Of a DNA stretch of 64,000 nt, positions 9,100 to 19,523 are shown piece by piece (position 1 is the stretch's first letter; each line of letters begins with the position of its first letter). The DNA lies in contig CAWDSG010000002.1 of NCBI GenBank assembly GCA_963804975.1, positions 277,015 to 341,014 of the forward strand, read 5' to 3'. This DNA comes from an uncultured bacterium. Lineage in GTDB: Bacteria > Patescibacteriota > Minisyncoccia > Phycocordibacterales > GWA1-40-21. The notes under the pieces are model-generated. The model worked only from the letters and a program-made list of their open reading frames with translations. It was not told the DNA's origin and searched no databases. Made by a program: the position numbers and the translations under genes.

Positions 9100-9981
9100 T
9101 TGCTATCATTCTTCTTTATGGAAATCATTCCTCAACTCATCATGAACAGCATTATCGCCGGAGCGATCTATTCCATAATCGCTCTTGGTTTTAATCTTAT
9201 TTTCAGCACGGTTAAATTTTTTGATCTGGGATACGGGGCGCTTACAGCTGTCGGCGGCTATTCCGTTTTTTTTATTTTTGACAAACTTGGCCTCAATCTT
9301 TGGTTTGCAATAATTGTCGGCATCATAGTCGCTGGACTCATCGGATATCTCATCGACAAGCTCGTTTATAAAAAATTAAGGAAAAGGAAAGCATCGCCGA
9401 TGGTTTTTCTTGTCGCATCACTTGGAGTTTTCACTGTCATTCAAGCGCTTATAGCAATTCTTTTTTCTAGCCAGTTCCAGACATTAAGTCAAGGCAGCGG
9501 AAAAGTTTTCCAGATATTCGGAGCTACTATCACGGAAGTCCAGCTTATTATTTTTATCTGCGGACTTTTGATCATGGGAATTCTCGCAATTGTTTTAAAA
9601 ACCACGAGATTTGGAAAAGCCATAAGGGCGGTGAGCGATGATGAAGAAGTTTCAAAAATCGTCGGCATAAGCACGGACAAAATTATTGGAAAAGTTTTTT
9701 TCATCGGTTCTGCTATCGCTGGACTCTCGGGAATACTCATCGGCTTTGACACCGGAATTGAGCCCACAATGGGCTTTTCACTTCTTTTAAAGGGCGTTAT
9801 CGCTTCCATAATCGGCGGAATAGGGAATATCTACGGCGGAGTTCTGGGAGCTTTTCTTTTGGGTTTTGTGGAAAATTTCGGCATCTGGCAAATCTCCGGC
9901 GAGTGGAAAGATGCCATTGCTTTCGCGCTTCTGATTATCTTTTTACTGTTCAGGCCGAAGGGGATTTTTCCAAAGAAGTGA
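9100..9981 (+). CDS. livH: branched-chain amino acid ABC transporter permease (LivH family)
   Basis: Multi-TM protein; IIPQLIMNSIIAGAIYSIIALGFNLIFSTVKFFDLGYGALTAVGGY matches the LivH/BPD_transp_2 N-terminus. Alternative start ATG at 9118. Confidence 0.75.
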   Translation: MLSFFFMEIIPQLIMNSIIAGAIYSIIALGFNLIFSTVKFFDLGYGALTAVGGYSVFFIFDKLGLNLWFAIIVGIIVAGLIGYLIDKLVYKKLRKRKASPMVFLVASLGVFTVIQALIAILFSSQFQTLSQGSGKVFQIFGATITEVQLIIFICGLLIMGILAIVLKTTRFGKAIRAVSDDEEVSKIVGISTDKIIGKVFFIGSAIAGLSGILIGFDTGIEPTMGFSLLLKGVIASIIGGIGNIYGGVLGAFLLGFVENFGIWQISGEWKDAIAFALLIIFLLFRPKGIFPKK

Positions 9982-10082
9982 TTCAGAATATATCAACAAT
10001 ATAAGTTTGCGTTTGCTATAAAAAATGGTAGATTTTCAATATAAGTTTTAAGTTAAATATTATTAGTTCTAAATTAATTATT

Positions 10083-11216
10083 ATGGAACCAACAAAGAAA
10101 TCTATGAAATGGCTGTGGGGAATAGTTGTGATTATTGCCATTATTATTCTTGCGCTTGCTTCAAGCAAGCCAAAAGAAACAGGACCGATTAAAATTGGGT
10201 TTATTGCTCCTCTTACCGGAGATGCTGCTAGTTTAGGACAAAACTCTCGTGCTGCTGTTGAAATATCAGTAAAAGAAATAAATGATGCAGGAGGTATTAA
10301 TGGCCGTCCGCTTGAAATTATTTATGAAGATGGACAATGTTCAGGCAAGCCAGCATCTGATGCTGCCAACAAACTTATAAATATAGACAAAGTTCCCGTA
10401 ATTATTGGAGGTCTTTGTTCCGGAGAAACCTCTTCTTTCACTGATGCAGCAGAAAAATCAAAAACAGTAGTTCTTTCTTATTGTTCTTCAGCTCCAGCTT
10501 TAACTTTTGCAGGAGATTATATATTCAGAAATTATCCGTCAGATTCTTATCAAGGATCTTTTGCGGCTGATTATATTTATAATAAACTGGGCAAAAGAAA
10601 TGTTGCTGTTCTTTATGTAAATACTGACTACGGAGTTGGTATTAAAGATGTATTTGATAAAAAATTCAAGGAACTTGGTGGGAACCTTCTTGATGAGGAA
10701 AGTTTTAAACAAAACAGTTCGGATTTAAGAACAGAATTAACAAAAATTAAATCTGTCAAACCGGAACTAGTTTATTTTATTGGTTATACTGAAGAAACCA
10801 TACCTGGAATAAAACAAGCAAAAGATTTGGGAATTAATGTGCCGTATTTTGGAGCTGATGCATGGGGTGATTCAAAAATATGGAGTACTCTTGGCTCTTT
10901 GGCTGAAGGAGATATGTATACGATGGTTTATACTCCTTTAAACGATGCTTTCAAATCAAACATGCTGGCAAAAATTGGGAACAATGAAATCACGGTTTGT
11001 ACTCCGCAAGCATATGATGCTGTAAAAATTATAGCTCAAATTATTACAAAAGTAGGTACAAATTCGGAAGCAATAAAAAACGAGCTTTATAAAACAGAAT
11101 ACAAAGGTGGTGTGTCTGCTCCTGACATAAAATTTGATTCAAATGGAGATGTAAATATTCCTTATGTTCTTAAAACTGTTAAAGATGGAAAATTTGTTTT
11201 ACTTCAAAATATTTAA
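10083..11216 (+). CDS. Liv-type (Peripla_BP_6) ABC substrate-binding protein, paralog 1, N-terminally anchored
   Basis: N-terminal anchor/signal MEPTKKSMKWLWGIVVIIAIIILALASS, then IKIGFIAPLTGDAASLGQ...GGINGRPLEIIYEDGQC, typical of LivJ/LivK-family SBPs. Confidence 0.8.
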   Translation: MEPTKKSMKWLWGIVVIIAIIILALASSKPKETGPIKIGFIAPLTGDAASLGQNSRAAVEISVKEINDAGGINGRPLEIIYEDGQCSGKPASDAANKLINIDKVPVIIGGLCSGETSSFTDAAEKSKTVVLSYCSSAPALTFAGDYIFRNYPSDSYQGSFAADYIYNKLGKRNVAVLYVNTDYGVGIKDVFDKKFKELGGNLLDEESFKQNSSDLRTELTKIKSVKPELVYFIGYTEETIPGIKQAKDLGINVPYFGADAWGDSKIWSTLGSLAEGDMYTMVYTPLNDAFKSNMLAKIGNNEITVCTPQAYDAVKIIAQIITKVGTNSEAIKNELYKTEYKGGVSAPDIKFDSNGDVNIPYVLKTVKDGKFVLLQNI

Positions 11217-11245
11217 AATTTATTTATTAATTATTAATTAAAAAC

Positions 11246-12394
11246 ATGGAGCCAAATAAAAATTCAATGAAGTGGGTATGGACAGCGATTGTCATAGTAA
11301 TTGTCGTAATCATTATCGGTGTTTTTACATCCCAAAGTTCGGCAAAGACGGTAAAAATCGGCTTTATCAGTCCGATGAGCGGCCAATCTGCGGCATATGG
11401 AGAATATGCAAGAAGAGCTTTTGAAATCGGCTTGGACGATTGGAATTCAACACATACCTATAAAATGGAAGCGGTTTATGAGGATGGAAAATGCGCTCCG
11501 GCAGATGCCGCCACAGCTGCCAATAAATTGATAAATATAGATAAGGTAAATTTCATAATGACGTTTTGCACGGGGGAAACGAATGCTGTCGTGCCTATAA
11601 CCGAAAGTCATAAGGTTATTCTTTTGACTGCCGGAACCACTGCTCCGAATATCACAAAAGGCAAATATGTTTTCAGGAATATCGGTTCTGTGGGAAGCGG
11701 TCTGCCTAAACTGACGCAGATGGCCTATGACTTCAATAAAAAAATCGCTTTGATATCCGAGAATACCAACTACGCGATTTCATCGAAAGACGCGTTCAAA
11801 CAGCAATTTACTGCTCTTGGCGGAACGGTTGTATTTGATGAATCATTTGACTCAAAAAGTATGGATTTCAGGACAATCATTTCTAAATTAAAGAGTGCCG
11901 GTATTTCCTCTGTTTTTGTCGTTGTTCAAGCACTTGATAATTCTGGATTATTATTCAAGCAGATGAAAGAGCTAAATTATCATCCTCAAATTTTTTCTAC
12001 GGAAGCTGCAATTAGCGACAAATCTCTAGAAAAGTACATAACGGAAGGATATGAGAATATTATTGAAGGAGCAATTCTCATCACTCCTTACTTCGACAGG
12101 ACAAATTCAATAGCGGCTCACTTGTTAGGTGTGTATCAAGACAAATATCAATCAACAAAAGGCCCTATTCCTGAAGAATACCTAGCGACGCATTATGATG
12201 CTGTTTTTTTGCTCGGAGACGCTTCAATGAGTGTCGGGACAAATTCGGATTCAGTCAGGCAATATTTCCTGACAAAAATTAAAAATTGGCAGGGGGCAAT
12301 CGGCAGTTTCAGCTTTGATGCAACCGGCGATGCCGTAACAAGCGTAGTCGCCGAAACCGTTAAAGGCGGAAAAATTGTTCCCCTCACAAAATAA
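11246..12394 (+). CDS. Liv-type ABC substrate-binding protein, paralog 2
   Basis: Same architecture: TM anchor, KIGFISPMSGQSAAYGE...YEDGKCAPADAATAANKLINIDKV. Confidence 0.75.
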   Translation: MEPNKNSMKWVWTAIVIVIVVIIIGVFTSQSSAKTVKIGFISPMSGQSAAYGEYARRAFEIGLDDWNSTHTYKMEAVYEDGKCAPADAATAANKLINIDKVNFIMTFCTGETNAVVPITESHKVILLTAGTTAPNITKGKYVFRNIGSVGSGLPKLTQMAYDFNKKIALISENTNYAISSKDAFKQQFTALGGTVVFDESFDSKSMDFRTIISKLKSAGISSVFVVVQALDNSGLLFKQMKELNYHPQIFSTEAAISDKSLEKYITEGYENIIEGAILITPYFDRTNSIAAHLLGVYQDKYQSTKGPIPEEYLATHYDAVFLLGDASMSVGTNSDSVRQYFLTKIKNWQGAIGSFSFDATGDAVTSVVAETVKGGKIVPLTK

Positions 12395-12419
12395 TTATTA
12401 ATTATTAGTTTAAAATATT

Positions 12420-13550
12420 ATGGACCAAACAAAAAGCAATGCAGGGAAGTGGGTGTGGGGGATTATCATAATAATTATTTTGATTGTAATTTTTTCTCTA
12501 TCCGGTGGGAAAAAAGAAACCGGCCCGATAAAAATTGGGGTTATTACGCCTCTTTCTGGGGACACTGCTTTATATGGGGAGGTGGTAAGAAATAGCATTG
12601 AATTGGCAGTAAAAGACATAAATCTATCTGGCGGAATAAACGGCCGACAAATACAAACGATATACGAAGATAGCAAATGTTCGGGCAAGGAAGCTGCTAC
12701 CGCTGCACAAAAATTAGTTAATATAGATAAGGTTAAATATATCATTGGCGACTTTTGCAGTGGAGGAGTTCTTAGCGAAATTCCAATAACAGATCCGGCA
12801 AAAGTTTTTGTTATATCTCCTTCAGCATCAGCGCCTAAATTGTCAGGAATAAGCAAATATTTTGTCAGAAATTCTCCTAGCGATTCTATCACAGGAATTA
12901 TTCTTGCTGATTATCTTTTAAAAATGAAATATAAATCAGTAGCGATTATATCCGAGCAAACCGATTATGCTCAGGGTATAAGAGATGTATTTATAGCACA
13001 AGCTCAGAAAGATAATCTAACTGTCACAGCTAATGAAAATTTCGTCTCGGGAGTAACCGATTTTCGTTCTCAGCTTTCAAAGATAAAAATTCAAAATCCT
13101 GATGTATTATTTATTAATCCTCAGAGTCCGGTTAGCTTAGTGCAAATTGCCGAGCAAGCAAGGGTACTTGGCATTAAATCTCAATTTGTCGGGTCATTGG
13201 GCGGAACTGATCCAAATCTATATACAAAATACACTCAAGGTATGATTTTTGCCGATTTGACCGGTTTAACAGGTGATAAAGGCAAAGAATATATGAATAA
13301 GTATATTGCAGCGTATAATGTTGCTCCTAATATTCCGTTATATGATGGGGCAGCGTATGATGATGTTTACTTGATTACGCAAGCCATATCTTCTGTTGGA
13401 GATGATTCCACTAAAGTTGCGGAATATTTGCGAGCAATGCCTAGCTACACTGGCGTCCTTGGTACATATCACTTTGATAAAAATGGGGATCTCGTCGGAG
13501 CCGGTATAGTAATGCAAAAAGTATCTGGTAACAAGGTAATTGAATTATAA
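12420..13550 (+). CDS. Liv-type ABC substrate-binding protein, paralog 3 (closest to paralog 1)
   Basis: KETGPIKIGVITPLSGDTALYGE...GGINGRQIQTIYEDSKCSGK. Confidence 0.8.
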   Translation: MDQTKSNAGKWVWGIIIIIILIVIFSLSGGKKETGPIKIGVITPLSGDTALYGEVVRNSIELAVKDINLSGGINGRQIQTIYEDSKCSGKEAATAAQKLVNIDKVKYIIGDFCSGGVLSEIPITDPAKVFVISPSASAPKLSGISKYFVRNSPSDSITGIILADYLLKMKYKSVAIISEQTDYAQGIRDVFIAQAQKDNLTVTANENFVSGVTDFRSQLSKIKIQNPDVLFINPQSPVSLVQIAEQARVLGIKSQFVGSLGGTDPNLYTKYTQGMIFADLTGLTGDKGKEYMNKYIAAYNVAPNIPLYDGAAYDDVYLITQAISSVGDDSTKVAEYLRAMPSYTGVLGTYHFDKNGDLVGAGIVMQKVSGNKVIEL

Positions 13551-13636
13551 AAAATCAAAAACCTCTCAAAAAGAGGTTTTTGATTTGGTAATTTTATGAT
13601 AAAATATGAATTCAATATAAAATTTACACTGTAAAT

Positions 13637-14503
13637 ATGGATTATTTAATTCACCTTGCGATTCTGATAGGAATTTATGTAATACTCGGTATTTCGCTCA
13701 ACCTTGTCGTGGGTTATACCGGCCTGCTTTCTGTTACCCAAGCCGCTTTTTACGGAATCGGCGCTTACACCACGGCGATACTTCTGACGACTACAGGAAT
13801 GAATTTTTTCCTGTCGGTCATTGTCGGAATAATAATCACGGCGATTGCCAGCTTGCTTATCGGCTATGTCTTGTCCAAATTCAAAGACGATTATTATGCA
13901 CTCGGTTCCTTCGGTTTCAATATCATCGTTTACAGCATATTCTTAAATTGGCAAAGTTTTACCAGAGGTCCTCTCGGCATTCCGGGAATAAAAAGGCCGG
14001 AAATTTTCGGTTTCAGTTTCAATGAAAATATTTATTTTCTGATTCTCGTCGTTGTCATTGCGGTGATAATTTATTACATCGCAAAATTCCTAGTGAACTC
14101 GTCTTTCGGCAGAGTTTTGAAAACAATAAGGGAAGACGAAGAAGCGATTCAGGTTTTTGGATACAATACTTTGTTTTTCAAGCTGACTATCTTTGTCATC
14201 GGCGCCTGTATGGCAGCGGTTGCCGGTTCGCTTTTTGCCACATACATCACTTACATTGACCCGTCATCTTTTGCTTTAGCCGAATCAATCTTCATTCTTT
14301 CAATAATTATTTTGGGCGGACTTTCAAATAATAAAGGCGCTGTCATCGGGGCTGTTTTTCTGGTCCTATTGCCCGAAATCCTTCGATTTGTGGGCTTTTC
14401 TTCGGACATTGCAGCCCAAATGCGCCAGGTGACTTATGGCCTGATTTTGATATTATTAATGCTGTACAGGCCGCAAGGTTTGATAGGCGAGTATAAGATT
14501 TAG
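13637..14503 (+). CDS. livM: branched-chain amino acid ABC transporter permease (LivM family)
   Basis: Multi-TM protein; GYTGLLSVTQAAFYGIGAYTTAIL is characteristic of the LivM N-terminus. Confidence 0.75.
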   Translation: MDYLIHLAILIGIYVILGISLNLVVGYTGLLSVTQAAFYGIGAYTTAILLTTTGMNFFLSVIVGIIITAIASLLIGYVLSKFKDDYYALGSFGFNIIVYSIFLNWQSFTRGPLGIPGIKRPEIFGFSFNENIYFLILVVVIAVIIYYIAKFLVNSSFGRVLKTIREDEEAIQVFGYNTLFFKLTIFVIGACMAAVAGSLFATYITYIDPSSFALAESIFILSIIILGGLSNNKGAVIGAVFLVLLPEILRFVGFSSDIAAQMRQVTYGLILILLMLYRPQGLIGEYKI

Positions 14504-14540
14504 TTTAGTAAATTTATTAATTATTAATTTAAACTTTGAT

Positions 14541-15680
14541 ATGAAAAGCGTAAAAATTTGGTTCGGTGTAGTAATTGTAATCTTACTGGTTTTGTTAATT
14601 ATAACTCAAACAAAACAAAGCGCTTCGGACAAAACAATAAAAATCGGTTTCATAGGAGCTTTAAGCGGTAACGCATCGGCATTGGGTATTCCTCCCAAAC
14701 AAGCAATTGAAATTGCTGTTCAAGATATAAACGATAATGGCGGTATAGGCGGAAAAAAATTGGAAATTGTCTATGAAGATGGCAAATGCACCGCAAAAGA
14801 TGCTGTTTCCGCAATAAATAAACTAATTAATATAGATAATATAAATATAATTATCGGCGGACAATGCAGTTCTGAAACACTCGGAGCGGCACCTATTGCA
14901 GAATCAAACCATGTTCTTTTAATCTCTCCTATGGCAATGAGCCCGCAAATTACAGGGTCTGGAGATTTTATTTTTAGAACAGTTTATTCAGATCAATTAA
15001 CAGCAGAAAAGCTTGCGACATACGCAGTACAAAATCTTGGTGTTAAAAAAGTGGCTATGCTATTTGAAAAAACCGATTATTCACAGGACTATAAAAAGGC
15101 ATTCCTGAATAAATTCATTGCTCTTGGCGGAGAAGTCGTTTCAGAAGAAGATTATTCGTCAGATGTAACCGATTTAAAAACCGAAGTATCAAAAATAAAG
15201 GCGTCAAATCCGGACGCTGTTGTATTTGTGCCGCAAACCGAGGCCAAGGAAATACTAGGTTTGAATGTGCTAAACGAATTCACTCCAAAAATGAAAGTTT
15301 TATCAAGTATTGTTTTGGAGAAACAGTCGGTATTGGATTTGTCAAAAAATCTTAACCTTAATCTATATTATTCAATACCGGTTTATGACACAGGATCTGA
15401 TGCCGCCAAAAAACTTTTTAACGAATATACCGCAAAATACGGGAAGGTGGATGGAGTTCCGTTTCAAATGTTAAATTCTTATGACACCGTATATCTCTTG
15501 AAATATTTGGTTGAGAATAACGGAACTGATCCAATTAAACTTAAAAATTCTCTGTACAAAGTTAATGGATGGCAGGGAGCGTCAGGAGTATTTAGATTCG
15601 ATAAGAATGGAGACAGGATTTCAGACAACATCGTAATTAATGGCGTTAAAGACGGTAAAATTGTTAGTATAACGAAATAA
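14541..15680 (+). CDS. Liv-type ABC substrate-binding protein, paralog 4
   Basis: TM anchor plus IKIGFIGALSGNASALGIPPKQAIEIAVQDINDNGGIGGKKLEIVYEDGKC. Confidence 0.75.
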   Translation: MKSVKIWFGVVIVILLVLLIITQTKQSASDKTIKIGFIGALSGNASALGIPPKQAIEIAVQDINDNGGIGGKKLEIVYEDGKCTAKDAVSAINKLINIDNINIIIGGQCSSETLGAAPIAESNHVLLISPMAMSPQITGSGDFIFRTVYSDQLTAEKLATYAVQNLGVKKVAMLFEKTDYSQDYKKAFLNKFIALGGEVVSEEDYSSDVTDLKTEVSKIKASNPDAVVFVPQTEAKEILGLNVLNEFTPKMKVLSSIVLEKQSVLDLSKNLNLNLYYSIPVYDTGSDAAKKLFNEYTAKYGKVDGVPFQMLNSYDTVYLLKYLVENNGTDPIKLKNSLYKVNGWQGASGVFRFDKNGDRISDNIVINGVKDGKIVSITK

Positions 15681-15707
15681 ATCTGGCTTGCCAGTTGAAA
15701 TTAAATA

Positions 15708-16460
15708 ATGCAAGTCCTAAAAACCAAATCAATTACAAAACATTTTAGCGGGGTGCATGCCGTGGATAATCTTTCTATTTCTTTTGAAAGCGGGAAAATC
15801 ACCGGCATCATCGGGCCGAACGGCTCGGGCAAATCCACCTTGGTGAATTTATTTTCCGGAATCGTGCCTATCGATAGCGGAACGGTTGTTTTTGACAATG
15901 CAGAGGAATTAAAAAGCATAAAAACTTATGAAATAGCGGATTATGGAATCGTCAGGACTTTTCAGGAAGTCAGATTGTTTGAGCAGATTCCGGTTTTGGA
16001 TAATATTTTGGCGGTCATCACAAAAAGAAATGTCATCGGTTCTATTTTTGAAAAGCACAAGAAATTCCACTTGGACAGAGCGGAAAATGTGCTGAAAAGA
16101 GTCGGACTTTGGGAAAAAAGGCACGAACTGGCAAAAAATCTTTCTTACGGACAGAGAAAACTTTTGGAAATTGCCAGAGTTCTCGCAATGCTGAGCGGGG
16201 AAGGTGTGGAAGGGGAAATATTTTTGTTTGACGAGCCGTTTGCCGGACTATTCCAAGAAATGAAAGATGTCGTCCTCCAAATCATAAAAGAACTGAAAGA
16301 AAAAGGAAAAACCGTCGTTCTTATAGAACATAATATGGAAATCATCAGAAATATCTGCGACCATGTTTTTGTGCTGGATAGCGGTAAGCTATTGGCGCAA
16401 GGATCGCCCGATGAAGTCCTCTCAAAAAAAGAAGTTATTGAGGCGTATTTGGGGAAGTAA
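15708..16460 (+). CDS. livG: ABC transporter ATP-binding protein (LivG-like)
   Basis: Walker A GPNGSGKST, signature LSYGQRKLLEIARVL, Walker B IFLFDEPFAGL. Confidence 0.8.
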   Translation: MQVLKTKSITKHFSGVHAVDNLSISFESGKITGIIGPNGSGKSTLVNLFSGIVPIDSGTVVFDNAEELKSIKTYEIADYGIVRTFQEVRLFEQIPVLDNILAVITKRNVIGSIFEKHKKFHLDRAENVLKRVGLWEKRHELAKNLSYGQRKLLEIARVLAMLSGEGVEGEIFLFDEPFAGLFQEMKDVVLQIIKELKEKGKTVVLIEHNMEIIRNICDHVFVLDSGKLLAQGSPDEVLSKKEVIEAYLGK

Positions 16461-16495
16461 TTGACAAATAATTTAATAAACCATAATATAAAAAT

Positions 16496-17611
16496 ATGGA
16501 ACAAAATAATTTTTCGTTAAAAAATATCTGGGTCTGGATAGTTATTATATTGGTAATCGTTTTGATTCTGGTTTTCGGCAATAATGCAAATAAAAACGAA
16601 ATAAAAATCGGAATGATTTTACCGTTAACCGGGACAGCAGCTCAATATGGGGAACAGCTGAAAGATGGAGCACAGATTGCAGAAAGTGAATTAAAAAATA
16701 CCGGAGCTAATGTAAAAATTTTCTATGAAGATAGCGCAGCAGATCCGACAACAGGTCTTTCCGCTTACAGAAGATTGGTTGATGTAGATAAAGTTGATTA
16801 CATCGTTTCTGCCATGACTCGATCTACACTGCCTTTGCTTGATTCATTAAATAAGGACAAAATTCCCATGATAATGACTCTTGTCGCCGGAGATTGGGAT
16901 AAAACAAAAACTAAATATGCCTTGCGATTCTATCCTACAGCAAGACAATATGTCAGAGGAGATAATTCCGATAAAATTTTGAACGGACTGAAATCAGTCG
17001 GTGTTATAAATGTTAATGATGCGTACGGTCAATCTGTCGTAAAAGAAGTTCAGACTTTTGCAAAAGAAAAAGGCTTTACAGTCGGAATGGTAGAAAGCTA
17101 TTCGGCAAATAATACCGACTACCGTTCAAGTTTATTGAAATTAAAAAATAGCGGTGTGGATTCGATCTTGATGATATCTTCAAGCCCGGTTGAGCTATCC
17201 GGCATAGCAAAACAATATAAGGAATTGAATATCAAACAAAAGCTTTTTGATGCTTCAGTCGGCTTGTCCAATCCAATAATAAGAGAGCAAAATAAAGATA
17301 TTCTTGAGGGCGTAGTCACTAAAGCGACAAAAGCTGAATTAACCAATAAAGATAAATCAGCCCAAGATTTCTTTGATAAATATGAGAAACTATACAATAG
17401 CGAACCGTATTTTCCCGGAATATTTGGCTATGAATCCATAAGATTGATAAATGACTTTAATTCTCAAAATGGCTCTGATTTTGTTGAAAAAGCTTCCAAT
17501 TTGAAATCTATCTCAACAATAATGGGCGATATAAAGATCGACAATTACCAAGAAATAAATCCACCGATATATAATACTGTCATAAGAAATGGAGAGTTGG
17601 TGGAGTTCTAA
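16496..17611 (+). CDS. Liv-type ABC substrate-binding protein, paralog 5 (divergent)
   Basis: TM anchor plus IKIGMILPLTGTAAQYGEQLKDGAQIAESEL...KIFYEDSAADPTTG. Confidence 0.7.
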   Translation: MEQNNFSLKNIWVWIVIILVIVLILVFGNNANKNEIKIGMILPLTGTAAQYGEQLKDGAQIAESELKNTGANVKIFYEDSAADPTTGLSAYRRLVDVDKVDYIVSAMTRSTLPLLDSLNKDKIPMIMTLVAGDWDKTKTKYALRFYPTARQYVRGDNSDKILNGLKSVGVINVNDAYGQSVVKEVQTFAKEKGFTVGMVESYSANNTDYRSSLLKLKNSGVDSILMISSSPVELSGIAKQYKELNIKQKLFDASVGLSNPIIREQNKDILEGVVTKATKAELTNKDKSAQDFFDKYEKLYNSEPYFPGIFGYESIRLINDFNSQNGSDFVEKASNLKSISTIMGDIKIDNYQEINPPIYNTVIRNGELVEF

Positions 17612-17638
17612 AAGGATATAAAATTAATAATTTAAAAT

Positions 17639-18733
17639 ATGAAAAAAATTTTTACTTGGTTAGTTGGTATTATAGCTGTGATTATTATAATTTTGATTTT
17701 TCAGAATAATACGACAAATCAGTCGGAGATAAAGGTTGGTGTCATCGGTCATTTCAGCGGCAATTACGCAGATTATGGAGTACCGATGAAAAATTCTATA
17801 GAGCTAGCAGCAGACGCGATTAATAAAAGCGGAGGCATAAATAACAGAAAAGTCCAATTGTATATTGAAGATGATGCCAGCAGTGCGTCTACAGCCGCAA
17901 CGGCAATGAACAAATTGATTTCTGTTGACAAGGTAAATTATATTTTATCTGCACAAGCGAGTGCAATAACTGCTGCGATTACTCCCATTGCACAAAGCAA
18001 CAAACGAATCTTGATGATTACATTAGGTTCTGCTCCTGACCTGACGAAAGTCGGCAATTATATTTTCCGTTCTGTTCCGTCCGATAGCTATCAAGGAATA
18101 AAAATGGTTGATTTGATAAATAATGATTTGAAATCCAAAAAAGTTGCCGGTTTGTATATAAATGACACTTATGGCGCGGGAATCAGGGATATCATAAATG
18201 AAAATCAAAAAGTTGCTAATGCAGATACCGAGATGTTTGAATCGCAAGCTACTGACGTAAGAACTCAATTATTGAAAATCAAACAAAGCGGTGCCGATAC
18301 ATTGGTAATCGTCGCTCATACTGAATATCCTGCGATTTTTAAACAGATAAAAGAATTGAGTTTGAATGTAAAAATTATCGCTTCGGAAACATTCAAAGAC
18401 AAAAATATTTTAAAGCAATGCGGTTCTAATACAGAAGGAGCAATGGTTACATTTATGGCGGATCAGAAAGATTATGTTGACTTCAATGATAATTACCAAA
18501 AAATGTTTAATACGGCTCCGTCGGCGTATAGCATGTATGGTTATGACGGGTTTATTGCTTTGGCTAAGGCAATTGAAAATAGCGGAGATAATGTTGAGAA
18601 AGTTAAAAACAATTTATCCAAAGTGCAATTCAACGGAGCTAGCGGTAATGTCGGCTTTGACGAAAATAGGAATAGAACAGGAATCACATATTCTGTTTTT
18701 AAAGTTGTTAATGGAGAATTTGTAAGATTATAA
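17639..18733 (+). CDS. Liv-type ABC substrate-binding protein, paralog 6
   Basis: TM anchor plus IKVGVIGHFSGNYADYGVPMKNSIELAADAINKSGGINNRKVQLYIEDDASSAST. Confidence 0.7.
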   Translation: MKKIFTWLVGIIAVIIIILIFQNNTTNQSEIKVGVIGHFSGNYADYGVPMKNSIELAADAINKSGGINNRKVQLYIEDDASSASTAATAMNKLISVDKVNYILSAQASAITAAITPIAQSNKRILMITLGSAPDLTKVGNYIFRSVPSDSYQGIKMVDLINNDLKSKKVAGLYINDTYGAGIRDIINENQKVANADTEMFESQATDVRTQLLKIKQSGADTLVIVAHTEYPAIFKQIKELSLNVKIIASETFKDKNILKQCGSNTEGAMVTFMADQKDYVDFNDNYQKMFNTAPSAYSMYGYDGFIALAKAIENSGDNVEKVKNNLSKVQFNGASGNVGFDENRNRTGITYSVFKVVNGEFVRL

Positions 18734-18754
18734 TTTTGTGCAATAATAGCAAGA

Positions 18755-19480
18755 ATGAAACAGGAATTTTTGCTAGAAATAAAAGATATCCACGTTCACT
18801 ACGGCGGAGTCAAAGCTTTAGACGGAGTGGGGATTATGCTTGATGAAGGCGAGATCGTTGCGCTTATGGGTCCGAACGGCGCGGGAAAATCCACCATACT
18901 CAAGACAATTTTCGGCCTTGCTCCTATTTATAGCGGAAAAGTTCTCTGGCACGAGAAAGAAATAAATCCCATACCGTATGAAATGGTTGATCGAAGCGTT
19001 TCTTTTGTGCCTCAAGGAAGAAGAGTGTTCAAAAGTCTTACTGTTAAAGAAAATCTGGAAATCGGAGCATATTCCGTGCGCAAGGATGAAGTAAAAGAGA
19101 AATTGGAAGATGTTTTGGATATATTTCCTATGCTGAAAGAAAAGATAAACGAAAAATCAGGGCATTTATCGGGCGGTCAGCAGCAGATGCTTGCAATCGC
19201 AAGGGGACTGATGATAGACCCGAAAGTTTTGCTTTTGGACGAGCCGACCTTGGGGCTTTCGCCAAAAATCGTGAAAGAAGTTTTTGAAAAAATAAAAGAA
19301 ATAAACCAAAGGCACAAAACAGCGATACTTATCGTAGAGCACAATATAAAATCAGTTCTTGATATTGTTGATCGGGCTTATATTTTGGATAAAGGAAAAA
19401 TCGTGGCGGCCGATATTTCAAAAAATATTATCCATAGTGACATTTTAGAAAAGATTTTTACTGGCAAACCAATCAATTAA
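18755..19480 (+). CDS. livF: ABC transporter ATP-binding protein (LivF-like)
   Basis: Walker [10 protein letters not shown], signature [15 protein letters not shown], Walker [13 protein letters not shown]. Confidence 0.85.
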   Translation: MKQEFLLEIKDIHVHYGGVKALDGVGIMLDEGEIVALMGPNGAGKSTILKTIFGLAPIYSGKVLWHEKEINPIPYEMVDRSVSFVPQGRRVFKSLTVKENLEIGAYSVRKDEVKEKLEDVLDIFPMLKEKINEKSGHLSGGQQQMLAIARGLMIDPKVLLLDEPTLGLSPKIVKEVFEKIKEINQRHKTAILIVEHNIKSVLDIVDRAYILDKGKIVAADISKNIIHSDILEKIFTGKPIN

Positions 19481-19523
19481 GAAAACTGTATTAAATTTTA
19501 AAATCTGCTATTGTATCGATATT

